Shown here in pieces: positions 41,383-54,860 of a DNA stretch of 64,000 bases (the stretch's first letter is position 1; the number at the start of each line of letters is the position of its first letter). Position numbers and translations under genes: made by a program. The DNA comes from Octopus vulgaris (Eukaryota). Below the pieces are notes generated by a model. That model saw nothing but the letters and a program-made list of their open reading frames with translations, was not told where the DNA came from and searched no databases. The stretch covers positions 9,486,001 to 9,550,000 of the forward strand of contig OX597830.1 in assembly GCA_951406725.2 (NCBI GenBank). The letters are read 5' to 3'.

Positions 41383-41498
41383 ATTCTCTGAAGAGGCCGT
41401 GGGGCATCCTTGTTAATGTCTCATTTATACCTGCCTTATATGGCTTATAGGTTAAATGAGGCATGATTGCCCTTACTGCCGAAACAGCTGTCAGATAT
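41383..41498 (+). ncRNA. Hammerhead ribozyme-like motif with long stem II
   Basis: TCT-CTGAAGA-GGC...(~86-nt foldback)...GCC-GAAAC-AGCT-GTC-AGA; GUC cleavage triplet. Confidence 0.7.
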
Positions 41499-41676
41499 GA
41501 TATAATTACATATTATATTTTATATTTTATATTTCTATTTCCTTGTCTAATTGTATTTACAATATATTTTGTATAATGCCTTTACTGTTATGTAATGGTG
41601 TAATAAAGTATTGATTGGGTATCATCTGTTGGTTGATGTTTGATTGATTTAAGTATGTTTCTCCATTTTCTAATTT

Positions 41677-41714
<38 letters not shown>

Positions 41715-42249
41715 TGGTTTGTTTTTATGTCAAGTTAAAATAGAAACAATAAAAATTTTACTCTGAACAGAACAAATGCTGAACATTTCTGTAGAGTACA
41801 TATTCATTAAACTTTTACAACAGGGGTGATAGTGACTTCGATGATTCGGCCTGTTAGTCTTCGTGGGACAGCCCACGTCGGTCAACAGGCCGGAATTTTG
41901 GACGTTTCTGTCAACTACCTTGTAAAAGTATTCTACACACACACACACACACACAATGCTCTTATTAGAAGATGGGCCGCAGTTTGCCCATTTCTATGGT
42001 CTAAGTTATATATTAACAAAATGTTTAATCCCAGGTAACATCTTTCAATTAAGCAGACCTATTAGTCGAAAACATCCCAACCATGACCATCTCACCTATA
42101 TTCCAAGTCAGTTGTAAATCTTATACCAACTGATTATTCAACGTCTCCTCCTTGTCTAAATAGTGTAGGACGAGTAAGGTAAATGTGGCTGCTGTTTTTA
42201 GCTTCTTTAATAACTACAAAGAGCTGCCTCCACTTGCTAAATATTTCCT

Positions 42250-42483
42250 ATTTCTTTATTGCCCGCAAAAGGGGCTACACCCAGAGGGGACAAACAAGGA
42301 CAGACGAAGGTATTAAGTCGATTACATCGACCCCAGGGCGTAACGGGTACTTAATTTGTCGACCCCGAAAGGATGAAAGGCAAAGTCGACCTCGCCAGAA
42401 TTTGAACTCAGAACGTAACGCCAGACGAAATACCGCTAAGCATTTCGCCCGGCGTGCTAACGTTTCTGCCAGCTCGCCGCCTT
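42250..42483 (-). mobile_element. Full-length SINE family A monomer
   Basis: 19-bp TSD CACTTGCTAAATATTTCCT (42231-42249, 42484-42502). Confidence 0.93.
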
Positions 42484-43544
42484 CACTTGCTAAATATTTC
42501 CTCTCCAATTCTGGCCCAAGACCCGCTCTGGAATCCCTCAATCGCTTTTATTGTAACTAAAAACCTTTCCGTTTCTCTCAAGCAGGAAGCTGCATAGCAA
42601 ACCACTTTAATCTCCCTTCTGTGTAAGTAAGCCTTCCTGGTTTTCTTTCGAAATTTATAGTCTCTCAACCACAAAATCTCTGTGCTACTTAATAGAAAAC
42701 AGATCGGTTTTACTGTCAACATTAATTATCGTCTCACACCTCAGTGAAACCACATTAAAAAAGTACATCTTTACAGTTCATCAATGAGCAAACTCTGTTG
42801 GCTGGTTACTTAAGAGCGTTTCAGATCTTCATAGAATCGTTTAAAGTGTGATAGCTGCGAGGCAAACATATAAGGGGCGGAAGTGAGTAGTAATGGATTC
42901 ATATGGGAGGAGCAAGAAGAGGCGGTTTGCAGAAAATGTGGTACAATTATATTCCACAAGTCTTCGTCTTTTACGGCCTTAAAGAAGTCCTTAATTGTGC
43001 TGAATAAGGCAATTAAATAAGGAGACTAAATCATAATATGACATCAAATTTAACTAAGTCAATGAAATGAAATTGCAATCTCTTTAGTTAGTTATCATGA
43101 CGTAGCAATAAGCATGTACAATACAGTGGCGTATCACGGTAAAAAGAATGACGTAATAAGCAAAAGAAGATAACGTAACAAACTCTAATTCAAATTTGTA
43201 AGAAATAACATAAATGATAAGACGTCACAACCGCTGAGTCATGTGCTGACGTAATCAGATAATGTGAAGACGACAAGCAGTGGATTTCAGAGATGTCTAG
43301 CGGTATCGCTTCTAGCTTTTTCCTTTCTGATTTGTAATTCCTCCTTGGAATTTAAATCCTGCCAGTGACCAGGGATGATCCGATCACGTGACCAAATTAG
43401 TTATGGAAGCAGCGATGGATGGAGGAAAGTTATGGCTGCCTACTGCTTCTTTGTAGCCGATGATTATGATTTGATAGTATCCTAGTTGACTGTCACCCGG
43501 GAACCAATAAGATCAGACGAAATAATATTGTAGAGAGACTAACA

Positions 43545-44340
43545 GGCGCAGCTATGGCTGTGAGGTTAAGAAATTTGGTTTGAAACTACACGGTTTGGAG
43601 TTCATTCCCATTACATGGCATCTGTGACTTATGTCTTGTACTATTGTCGCGGGCCGATTACTGCCTTGAGTGGGAATTCGGTAGACAGAAATGTATGGAA
43701 GAAACGAGCTGGCAGAAACGTTAGCACGCCGGGCGAAATGCGTAGCCGTATTTCGTCTGCCGCTACGTTCTGAGTTCAAATTCTGCCGAGGTCGACTTTG
43801 CCTTTCATCCTTTCAGGGTCGATTAAATAAGTACCAGTTGAGTACTGGGGTCGATATAATCGACTTAATCCGTTTGTCTGTCCTTGTTTGTCCCCTCTGT
43901 GTTTAGCCCCTTGTGGGTAGTAAAGAAATAGGCATTTCGTCTGCCTTTACGTTCTGAGTTCAAATTCCGCCGAGTTCGACTTTGCCTTTCATCCTTTCGG
44001 GGTCGATAAATTAAGTACCAGTTACATACTGGGGTTGATGTAATCGACTTAATCCGTTTGTCTGTCCTTGTTTGTCCCCTCTATGTTTAGCCCCTTGTGG
44101 GCAATAAAGAAATAAGAAATGTATGGAAGCCTACAATATATATACACATAATTTTGCCCCCCACTATCATATGACAAGTTGAGTTCATCGGTTTCTGTTC
44201 CCGTAACGTAGCGGTTCGTTAAAAGAGATCAACTAAATATGTACCACACGTAAAAGATGAGTACCAGGAAAGATCTGTTTGACGAAAACCCTTCAGGGCT
44301 GTAATACAACATGGCCAAACATCAGGGACTGAAACAAAAA
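43545..44340 (+). mobile_element. Old SINE family B split by a younger SINE A dimer
   Basis: Diverged B head 43545-43701 and B tail 44130-44340. Confidence 0.7.
43702..44114 (+). mobile_element. SINE family A dimer
   Basis: Full unit plus 5'-truncated unit; 15-bp TSD AGAAATGTATGGAAG (43687-43701, 44115-44129). Confidence 0.92.
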
Positions 44341-44654
44341 AGGATTTGATGTGGTCGAAGCCTTGAAATACACAGAATAACAACACTGGTCAATACACCC
44401 AAAAGCACATCAGTATTTGTTTGTGCAAAATAATTAGCTCACAGGAAGAGTTGGCTGTGAGGTTTAGGAAAGGAGTGCTGGTCCTTCGGCCCGACCACGG
44501 ATTCTACGGCATCCGGCACCAGCACAGACTGCTGCTGTAGAATTTGCGCATTTGCTTAACATTTACCAACCGTGCCACGTGGTTATACAGAGCCACAGAG
44601 CAGACCAGAGACTTCACAAGGCCGCTATTTTCATAAATGCAAACAAAATAATAA

Positions 44655-44815
44655 TCCTATCTACTATAAGCACAAGGCCTGGTATTTTGGAATAGTGGGC
44701 TAGTCGATTACGTCGACCACAGTGTTCAACTGGTACTTAATCATTTAGACCCTGAAAGGGTGAAAGGCAAAGTCGGCCTCAGCGGAATTTGAACTCAAGA
44801 CGAAAAGACCGATGA
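44655..44815 (-). mobile_element. SINE family A, 5'-truncated
   Basis: GGCAAAGTCGGCCTCAGCGGAATTTGAACTC. Confidence 0.75.
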
Positions 44816-44861
44816 AACGCCACCAGGCACGAGATCTGAAATTTGGGTGGGTAGGTGGAAT

Positions 44862-45244
44862 CGTGTCACTCCGTCGGTTACGACGAGGAGGGTTCCAGTT
44901 GATTCGATCAATGGAACAGCCTGCTCGTGAAATTAACGTGCAAGTGGCTGAGTATTCCACAGACACCTGTACCCTTAACGTAATTCTCGGGAAGATCCAG
45001 CGTGACACAGAGTGTGACAAGGCTGGCCCTTCGAAATACAGGTACAACAGAAACAGGATGAAAGAGTGAGAGAAAGTTGTGGTGAAAGAGTACAGCAGGG
45101 TTCGCCACCACTCCCTGCCGGAGTCTCGTGGAGCTTGAGGTGTTTTCGCTCAATAAACACTCACAACGTCCGGTCTGGGATTCGAAACCGCGATCCTACG
45201 ACAGTGAGTCTGCTGCCCTAACCAATGGGCCATTGCTCTTCCAC
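44862..45244 (-). mobile_element. Full-length SINE family C (tail 1) nested in an old SINE A
   Basis: 11-bp TSD GTAGGTGGAAT (44851-44861, 45245-45255); closely similar to the 20143 copy. Confidence 0.9.
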
Positions 45245-45867
45245 GTAGGTGGAATAATCGAGTACATTGACCACAGTATTTGTGTCGTACATATTTCATC
45301 GACCTCGAAAGGATGAAGAGTAAAGCTGACCTCGTGGATATTTGAATTCCAAGCGTAAAGGCGGACGAAATGCCGTTAAGGAATTAAGGAATTGATTCAG
45401 CCATTTCGTCTCCCTAGAAACAAAATAATAATGACTGAATGATTGTAGAGGAAGAATATTTTATATCAATTACTTTCTTTAAACGCTTCTCATCTCGTTA
45501 CGTTGTATATCAGGTATGTTGGGTTTTCGGAGGTTCTTGGATTGCATAGAAATAAATTTTGAATTCTCTCACAACCCATAAGTCTGTCTGTCAGTCTTTC
45601 TATTTCTCTATGTATACACACACACACACACACACACGCACTTGTGTGTCTATATAAGTGTATATACATACCTGTCTATCTATCTGTCTGTGTATACACA
45701 CATACACACACATGTGTGTGTATATATGTATATACATGTCTATCTATCTATCTATCTATGTGTCTGTCTATACACACACACATTTAGGTTTGTTGATGCA
45801 AACAGGAGAAAAAAGAAGTAAAACATATGTATATCTACCTATCTATCCCACACACACACACACACAC

Positions 45868-46406
<539 letters not shown>

Positions 46407-47374
46407 ATATATATATAAAACCATTTACACTCACACACACACACAGAGAGTCGAGAGTGCTAATGTACGAAACTCTTGATCCTTCTGTCACTCTGTAACC
46501 TCTGATAATTATTATTTAAAATATGCATCAATACATGCATGTGTGTGAGAGTACGTGTGTATGTGCGGGTGTGTGTGCGCGAACGGGTGTTTTGTTATAT
46601 ATTTAAACCATGTACGAAGTGCACATATACACATGTATATTTACACATAAATGAACATGTATATACATGCGCGCGTGTGTGTGTGTGTGTGTAAATATGT
46701 ATCCGTTTACGTACGGACATAGTTACCATATCACTGACATGTCATAGACACACACATACATGCACACGCATGGACAAATACATATCCATTACTTATACAT
46801 AAATACATACGCGCACGTATACATCCGCACTTCCACACACACAACATTAAACCATCCACATTATACTAGTCCGCCTAAACTATTTGTTCCTTTCATACAA
46901 TGAACCTTATTAATAAGACTATTACATGTGTAAAATGTAGCGCGATGTGAGCGAGTCATATATCGCATCAAATAATACGGTAGCATGAAAGCATCATAAT
47001 ACGACTGAAATAGATATGGTTGCGTGTGATATTTTAGATTAGTTTGAACCCCGTGAAAGTGAACTCTTTTAGTTAATTTGACACTAAACGTAGCGGGAGT
47101 TGCCGCGGGTCATATTACAGCTGACATGTTCATTCGGAATCGCAATTTCATGAATTTATAACGTATATAATTTGATAATTTCGATATGTAATAAGATGCA
47201 TGTAAAACGCCAGAACAAACTAAACAGCCATTTTGTACGCTCGGTTGGGTCCCTTTGCTGTTGTGGCTACTTTGATATTTCGCTTGCATTGTACAAATGA
47301 TGGAAGGTTACCCAGTTTGGGGTCGAAGCAAAGCGAATCAATTTGATACAGTTATGTCGTCTGTATCATGTTTG

Positions 47375-47422
47375 ATAATAGTAATGATGATGATGATGAT
47401 GACGATGACGATGATGATGATG

Positions 47423-47459
<37 letters not shown>

Positions 47460-47466
47460 ATAATAA

Positions 47467-47501
<35 letters not shown>

Positions 47502-47527
47502 AAATAATAATAATAATAATAATAATG

Positions 47528-47576
<49 letters not shown>

Positions 47577-47608
47577 TGATGATGATGATGATGATGATGA
47601 TAATAATA
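47375..47608. repeat. (ATG)/(ATA)n tract
   Basis: Direct reading. Confidence 0.95.
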
Positions 47609-47741
47609 TCCGAGTGAGTAATTCGTCCGCTTAGCTGTAGTTATACTAATTAGTTTAACTTTCGCGCCTGCTCATACATGCACGCACGCGCGCACACGCA
47701 TACACACACAGACACGTATGTGTGTGAATATATGTATGCAC

Positions 47742-47787
<46 letters not shown>

Positions 47788-47962
47788 AATATATATTAAT
47801 ATATAAATATGTGCGTATATATATATATATTTATTCATATATATATACGTATACATATATCTACACACATATATATATACACATATATATATGCATAAAT
47901 ATATAATATATATATATGTGTACATATATATATATCCATAAGTATATGATATATATGTGTAC

Positions 47963-48058
<96 letters not shown>

Positions 48059-48099
48059 GTATGTATATATATATATATATGTATACATATATATATATA

Positions 48100-48147
<48 letters not shown>

Positions 48148-48151
48148 TAGG

Positions 48152-48184
<33 letters not shown>

Positions 48185-48191
48185 ATATATT

Positions 48192-48241
<50 letters not shown>

Positions 48242-48628
48242 TAAGCGTATACAGGCATATATGAGCAAAGTTCTTACATGCATGCCACATTTATGCATAT
48301 GTAATTGCTCACACATACACACGTGCACATTCCCATATATATATATATATTGAGATTAGAGTATGCAGCGCTACGTGCACACTTAGAGGCGTAAATACAT
48401 ACGCAAACACAGACATCTAGACACATTCACTCAGCCATACATACAATCGTACACACAGAAACACATACATACATACATACATACATACATACATACATAC
48501 ATACATACATACACTATATTCACATCAGAGTCTGTAGCGATAAATTCATTTGTATAATTAGGGTTGTCTGACGTTTTAATTCAGGCGTGTCAGATAATAA
48601 AGAGTAACTGCATGTAGTAGTAGTAATG

Positions 48629-48682
<54 letters not shown>

Positions 48683-48719
48683 AGTTTTCAATTGTCAGAA
48701 ACATTGAAACAGCCAGAGA

Positions 48720-49340
48720 GGAACACAGATATTCATATTAAGTCACGGTCACACGGAGACACAGGGAGACACAAGGTGACACGGGGAGACATAGGGCGAC
48801 ACAGGGAGACAATTAGGCACAAACAGACATAGGCACACACACACATACACACACACAGAGCCACATACATACACAGGTCATGCGAAGACAGACACACAGT
48901 GGGTCACAAAGACACACACATGCACACCGAGGCACAGTTATAAGAGGCACATGGAAAGACACGGAGGCACACGGTGATATACACACGCGCGCACATACAT
49001 ACGACCATACTCAGATATGCAGATATATAAAAGCAGTCAGGAACACGAGAAGACATGGAGAGACACAGAAGCATACTCAGAGAGAAAATGGCGCACACAA
49101 GGATACGGGATGACACTGGAACACATACGGAGAAAGGCATATACGGAGTGACGCACACAGACGCAAATGCACTAGGAGACGGTCACGGACAAGGAGAGAC
49201 ACTGGAAGAGAGAGAGAGAGAGAGAGAGAAGCGGGAGAAGAAATACCTACGTACACATTGATAGGGGCATAGTGTGTGAGAAAGTGTGGTACGCATAAGG
49301 ACATAGAGTCACGGAGTCACACAAGCTGAGAGTCATGAAG
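48720..49340. repeat. Degenerate GAGACAC/GGCACAC-rich low-complexity array
   Basis: Recurring ~10-nt GGAGACACAG-like units. Confidence 0.55.
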
Positions 49341-49361
49341 TCATAGACTCAAGAAGGCACA

Positions 49362-49512
49362 GTTCTGAGTTCAAATTCTACCGAGGTCGATTTTGCCTTT
49401 CATCCTTTCGGGTCCGATAAATTAAGTACCAGTGATACACTGGGGTCGATGAAATTGACTTATCCTCTTCTCTCAAAATTGCTTCCCTTCTGGCAAAATT
49501 TGAAACCATTAT
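49362..49512 (+). mobile_element. SINE family A, 5'-truncated
   Basis: GTTCTGAGTTCAAATTCTACCGAGGTCGATTTTGCCTTTCATCC. Confidence 0.8.
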
Positions 49513-49699
49513 ATTTACGCTTGCTACCTCGAATTCTTATGCTGGATTAATTCCATCATAAAGAGGCTCAGGACTAACCAGTAATGTCTTTTTGGTTATA
49601 TATATATTTTAAAAAATGCTTTTTTGGTGGGTGGTGTTGGAGGCGTCTGAGTGAAACTATGTTTTTTTTTTTTGGTTCTATCTAAAAACAGAAGTCTCC

Positions 49700-50055
49700 A
49701 TCACTTGACAACCGATGTTCGTATGTTTACGTCTCGTAACTTAGCGGTACTGCACAGAGACCGGTAGAGTAAGTACTTGGCTTACAAAGAATAAGTCCTA
49801 GGATCAATTTGTTCGACTAAGACCCTTGAAGGTGGTGTTCCAGCATGGCCGCAGTCAAATGATTGAAACAAGTAATAAAATAAAAGAATATATTAGCTTC
49901 TTTCGGTTTCCGTTTACCAGATCCACTCACAAAGCTTTGGTCGGCCCGTGGCTATACTAGAGGACACTTGCCCAAGGTGCCATGCAGTGGGACTGAACTC
50001 AGCGCCATGTAATTGGTAAGCAAGCTTCTTACCACACAACTCAGCCAAGCCTGCA
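49700..50055. mobile_element. SINE B halves in opposite orientation (3' half +, 5' half -)
   Basis: 49700-49890 matches the B tail on +; 49895-50055 matches the B head on -. Confidence 0.75.
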
Positions 50056-50527
50056 TAGATTCCGTTTACGGAATTTTTCTCACAAGGAATTGGTCAACGC
50101 AGCCGGAAGATGAATGGAATGAAAGAAATATTCAAAGCAGAGAGCAGCTAAAACGTGTTCAGTTGACTTCCTGTAGAATTTAATTCCAATGTCAGGTCAT
50201 TGTTAATTAATGTTATATAAGCCTCACCCTTAACCCCCCACTCCTCCAGTGGCTGGAGGTCGTCGAGTGCTGAATTATATTTCCGCCTGGTAGACTCTTC
50301 ACAAAAAGAAACAAAACAAAAACAAAGAAAAACGAAAATAAATCAAAAACGAAAACAAAAAATCGTTGTCAGAACCACGGTCCACAATGTCTTTGATCAC
50401 CTCAGGAATGTAGCAGGAAGCAAAGAGGCGAATTGGAGAGAGGGAGGGGAAGAGGAAGAGATAGAGAGAGGGAGGGAGAGAGAGAGAGAGAGAGAGGAGT
50501 GAGAGAAGATATTAAGACTATGACTTA

Positions 50528-50690
50528 GGTGCAGGCGTGGCTGTGTGTTAAGCTTGCATCCCATTCACACGGTTCCAGGTTCCATCTCACTTGATGGCAC
50601 CTTGGGCTGGTGTCTTTTACTATAGTCACGGGTTGACCAAAGCCTTCTGACTGGATTTGGTTAACGGAAACTGAAAGAAGCCCGTCGTAT

Positions 50691-50744
<54 letters not shown>

Positions 50745-50945
50745 TTCCCCCCACCCCCCACCCACCGCCTGTCAATCGGTCTTGGTGTGTTTACCTCCGC
50801 GAAAGTTGGCGGTTTGGCAACAGAGTCAGATAAAATAGTTATCGAGCTTAAAATTAAAATAACTTTCGGGGGCGATTAGTTCTGCTAAAATTCTTCAAGA
50901 CGATGCCCCAGCATGGCCGCAGTATAATGGCTGAAACAATTAAAA
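50528..50945 (+). mobile_element. Diverged SINE family B
   Basis: Head, (TA)(TG)n, tail CCAGCATGGCCGCAG...GCTGAAAC. Confidence 0.8.
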
Positions 50946-51039
50946 CCATTTTAAAAATCAAAAATGTCAAATGTTCCATAGGAGTTGTTTACCGTGCAAC
51001 TGGTAGGTCTGCTGCTGCTACTACTACTACTACTACTAT

Positions 51040-51082
<43 letters not shown>

Positions 51083-51329
51083 GCCACTACTGCTGCTGCT
51101 GCTGTTGTTGTTAAGCAACAAGACGGGTAAGGGTGATTAGGTGATGGTCTAGGTCATAGGGGCAGGGGACCCCAGACCTTGGAAAATAAAAAAGAATCTT
51201 TGGTCGTCTTATTGTAGTCGAGGGCTCTTCGTTGACGCCCGACACCACTGGGCGGAGGCCCTCGAAGTCGCTGGAAATGGAGATCTCCAGGTCCAAATTC
51301 TTGAACGGCTATTGCTGCTGCTGCTGCTG

Positions 51330-51387
<58 letters not shown>

Positions 51388-51867
51388 TACTACTGCTACT
51401 GCTTCTGCTGCTGTTTTACAGTACCACATATTTTACTGTTTCTAATTCTTGGAATAAATCGGTCTGATTCCCAATTGAATTCCTTTTCTTTGGAGAGTTC
51501 AACACGCCGCACCATCTCATTATAATTGTTCTCATTATAAGCTTTGGGTTTTTTTCCGTCCGTTTCTGACGATTAAATTTTAATTCTACAAATGATAATC
51601 CAATTAAAACTGTCAGCTTATAATCCGCTATATATTCTCCAACAGACGGCCCTAAACATTAGGCCCATCTGCTGATTGAGTACTTACTCATCCTGTAGTT
51701 TCAGAAAACTCGTCGAACATGGCGATTAAAATATGCTCTTTGTCCGCGGTTTGTGAAATCTATGTCAGATGCTGTCTCTGTGACGCTGTTTACTAGCTTT
51801 CAATAGACTTTGAAATACATATATTAGCACACACACACGCACGCACGTATATAAGTACACACTCACA

Positions 51868-52241
51868 TCTCTCTATATATAAACGGCAGTTTGTCTGTGC
51901 GTGTTTCTGTGTGTCTGTTTGCTTGTACCCTCACCCTGACCACGGCTTTCAACCGATTCTGATGAAACTTGACACACACATAGCCCAATGTCATAATTCA
52001 AAACTAACGCAGCCAAAATTTTGAAAAGTTCCCCCAGTTCTGAAAAAAATCGATAAATTCGACATGGGGTCGAGAATCAGAAACACGAACCACAAACTGT
52101 CTAGGGGACGCAACTCCATCCTTTTTTAACTCTCAAAAAAAAATTTACCATATTTTTTTCCATTTTTTGGCTATAACTCTCTAAAAATGCTTTATAGTTT
52201 TTTCCCTTACAAACCTGAGCAACGCCGGGTGATACTGCTAG
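51868..52241 (+). mobile_element. Non-autonomous Helitron
   Basis: Starts A|TC-TCTCTATATATAAA; ends with hairpin CCTGAGCAACGCCGGG-TGATACTG-CTAG|T; no TSD. Confidence 0.8.
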
Positions 52242-52324
52242 TACATATATAAGTATACGCATATATACACACACATACAATATACATGCAATTAAATATA
52301 TATACATACACACATATATACATA

Positions 52325-53240
52325 GGGACATCAGATGCAGGGAATGTTGTTTATGTTGTATATTTCGGTTCTCTGTTTGCTTTGATCGTTGTTCGAAAAC
52401 AAAAGTTCGTTTTCTATGTTTTTGCTTTTATGTTTTCGTTTCTCACTGTGTCTACGTTTCTTTGATGTCCTGCTCCCATATATGCATGTATATATACATA
52501 TTTATGTAGGTATGTACATATATGTATGTATATATGAAATTATCTATATATTTTTTTATATTATTATATGATCGAACGCCACGCATCCTTTTCCAAGTCA
52601 GTTTTATCTTAATAAATACGAGGCGCACTCTTATTCTATCTCTTCTATCTCTTCTCTGTCTATCTATCTCCATCTCTTGTTCTTCTTTCTTTCTGTTTTT
52701 CCCTCCCATCCTTTCTTATTATCCTCCTCTCCCCTTCACCGTTCTTTCTCTCTCACTCATCCTCCTTGACTCTCTCGTGACCGACACGTGACGAAAGGCG
52801 ATCAATCTTTCTTTTTTCCACTACCTTCCTAAAGATAAGATGTGCTTTTATCTGTCTCTTCTCAAAGCTTGTCTTTCCAACGTTCATAATTTTTCACATC
52901 ATCTTGGCTTAACCAGCCTCACCGTTTGTTTTTACTGTCTTGTTCTCACTTTCCTGTTTTTGCTACCACTTTCACCCTCCGCAAAAAAAACTCAAATTTT
53001 ATTTAATTTTCTTTGCGGGAAAGACTGTTTCAACAAAGTCGCGTATCGTCCCTACCCTCGAAAAGCGGAGTTAATGAAACAGGGACAACTGATGAAGGGA
53101 ATGTTCATTATGCTACATGTCTCGGTTCTCTGCTTGATGTTTTCGTTGTTAGAAAACAAGTTCGTTTTCTATGTTTTTGTTTATATGTTTTCGTTTCTCA
53201 TTGTGTCTACGTTTCTTTGATGTCCTGTACCCATATATAC
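52325..53240 (+). mobile_element. Two copies of a dispersed repeat end (52325-52490, 53085-53240) each running into a TA/TG microsatellite
   Basis: Shared GATG-AGGGAATGTT...TCGGTTCTCTG...GTTTTCGTTTCTCA-TGTGTCTACGTTTCTTTGATGTCCTG. Confidence 0.65.
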
Positions 53241-53290
53241 ATACCTACATATATACACATATATATATGTAGGTATGTACATATATGTAC

Positions 53291-53335
<45 letters not shown>

Positions 53336-53352
53336 TATGTACATATATGTAC

Positions 53353-53421
<69 letters not shown>

Positions 53422-53520
53422 TATACACACTTGTTAAACAGGACAGTAAACATGAAGGCAAGGCAAACATCTCAAGTCGCATACAATATTATTATACATT
53501 ATTATCATAGGAAGTTTAAA

Positions 53521-53715
53521 GGCGGCGGGCTGGCAGAAACGTTAGCACGCCGGGCGAAATGCGTAGCCGTCTGCCGTTACGTTCTGAGTTCAAATTCCGC
53601 CGAGGTCGACTTTACTTTTCATCCTTTCTAGATCGATAAATTAAGTACCAGCCACATGCGTACCTGATTGATCTAATCGACTGCCCCCCCACCCCAAATT
53701 TCGGGCCTTGTTATA
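53521..53715 (+). mobile_element. SINE family A
   Basis: GGCGGCGGGCTGGCAGAAACGTTAGCACGCCGGGCGAAATG... Confidence 0.88.
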
Positions 53716-53785
53716 GGAAGTAATCCGTTACAGCACTTACATAGCGTACCTAATCGTTTAGATCACCTGTGAACTAAATCCCCAT

Positions 53786-53837
<52 letters not shown>

Positions 53838-54769
53838 AATAAATAAAATCTATTAAATTATTATATGACTAAGCGCCCTCGCGTCGTTTCGTTTCTTTTC
53901 TCCAAGTAAGTTTATATATGTATATATGTATATATATATAACGTGTATTCCGTTAGTAACGTAGCAGAGTGCAAGATAGAAATCGCTCACCTCAACCATT
54001 ACCAAATAACCGGTAGTATTACTAAATACTTCCAAGTCAAGGTTTGGGCATTTTTCGTGTACGAAAATAAAATTGAATAAGATCGAGTCAACAAGAAGAT
54101 GGATGTATTAGCATTGAAGTCGAAGGTTTTGTAACTAACGGGGACAGCAGTTGTATATCACCTGAAGAAGTACAACTGGATTCCCTTTTACAGGTAAGCT
54201 GTTGCATTAATTTAAATCCTGTATATATGAAGAACTATGTTGTATGGAAACATGTGTCGAACCGTACTCCTTCTTTTCGATTCTATCTGATTCAATTATA
54301 TTTATACATATATTATTACGGAGATGTATTTGCATAGCAAGTGACTTGATCTGAGACTGTGTGCTGAATCAAAAGCAATTGCAATGTGGAAGGTGTTTCC
54401 GAAGCCATTTAGAAAATACACAAAAACCTTTAGATTCATTTCAACATTTAAATTTTTAATTTGTGTCAAAATATATTCGTCGCTTTGAAACTGCGACCTG
54501 TTCACTGACAAAATTAATTTAAATGGCGGCTTGTAAACACCTTCCACGCTGCAATTGTTATATATATATATATATATAATTATAATAAAGAGTGATTTGC
54601 AACAAGTTGCTAAAACCACATACCGAAAATATTAGAAATAGCAGCCAAATAGGCTACCATTACTATTACTACAAAAATAAGTCTCCACAAACAACAGTAT
54701 TTGTAACCCGTATATGGTAAAAAGAAGTCAGACAACGAAATCACACAGTCTAGTGTGTGTATTTATATA

Positions 54770-54811
<42 letters not shown>

Positions 54812-54822
54812 AATATATGTAA

Positions 54823-54860
<38 letters not shown>

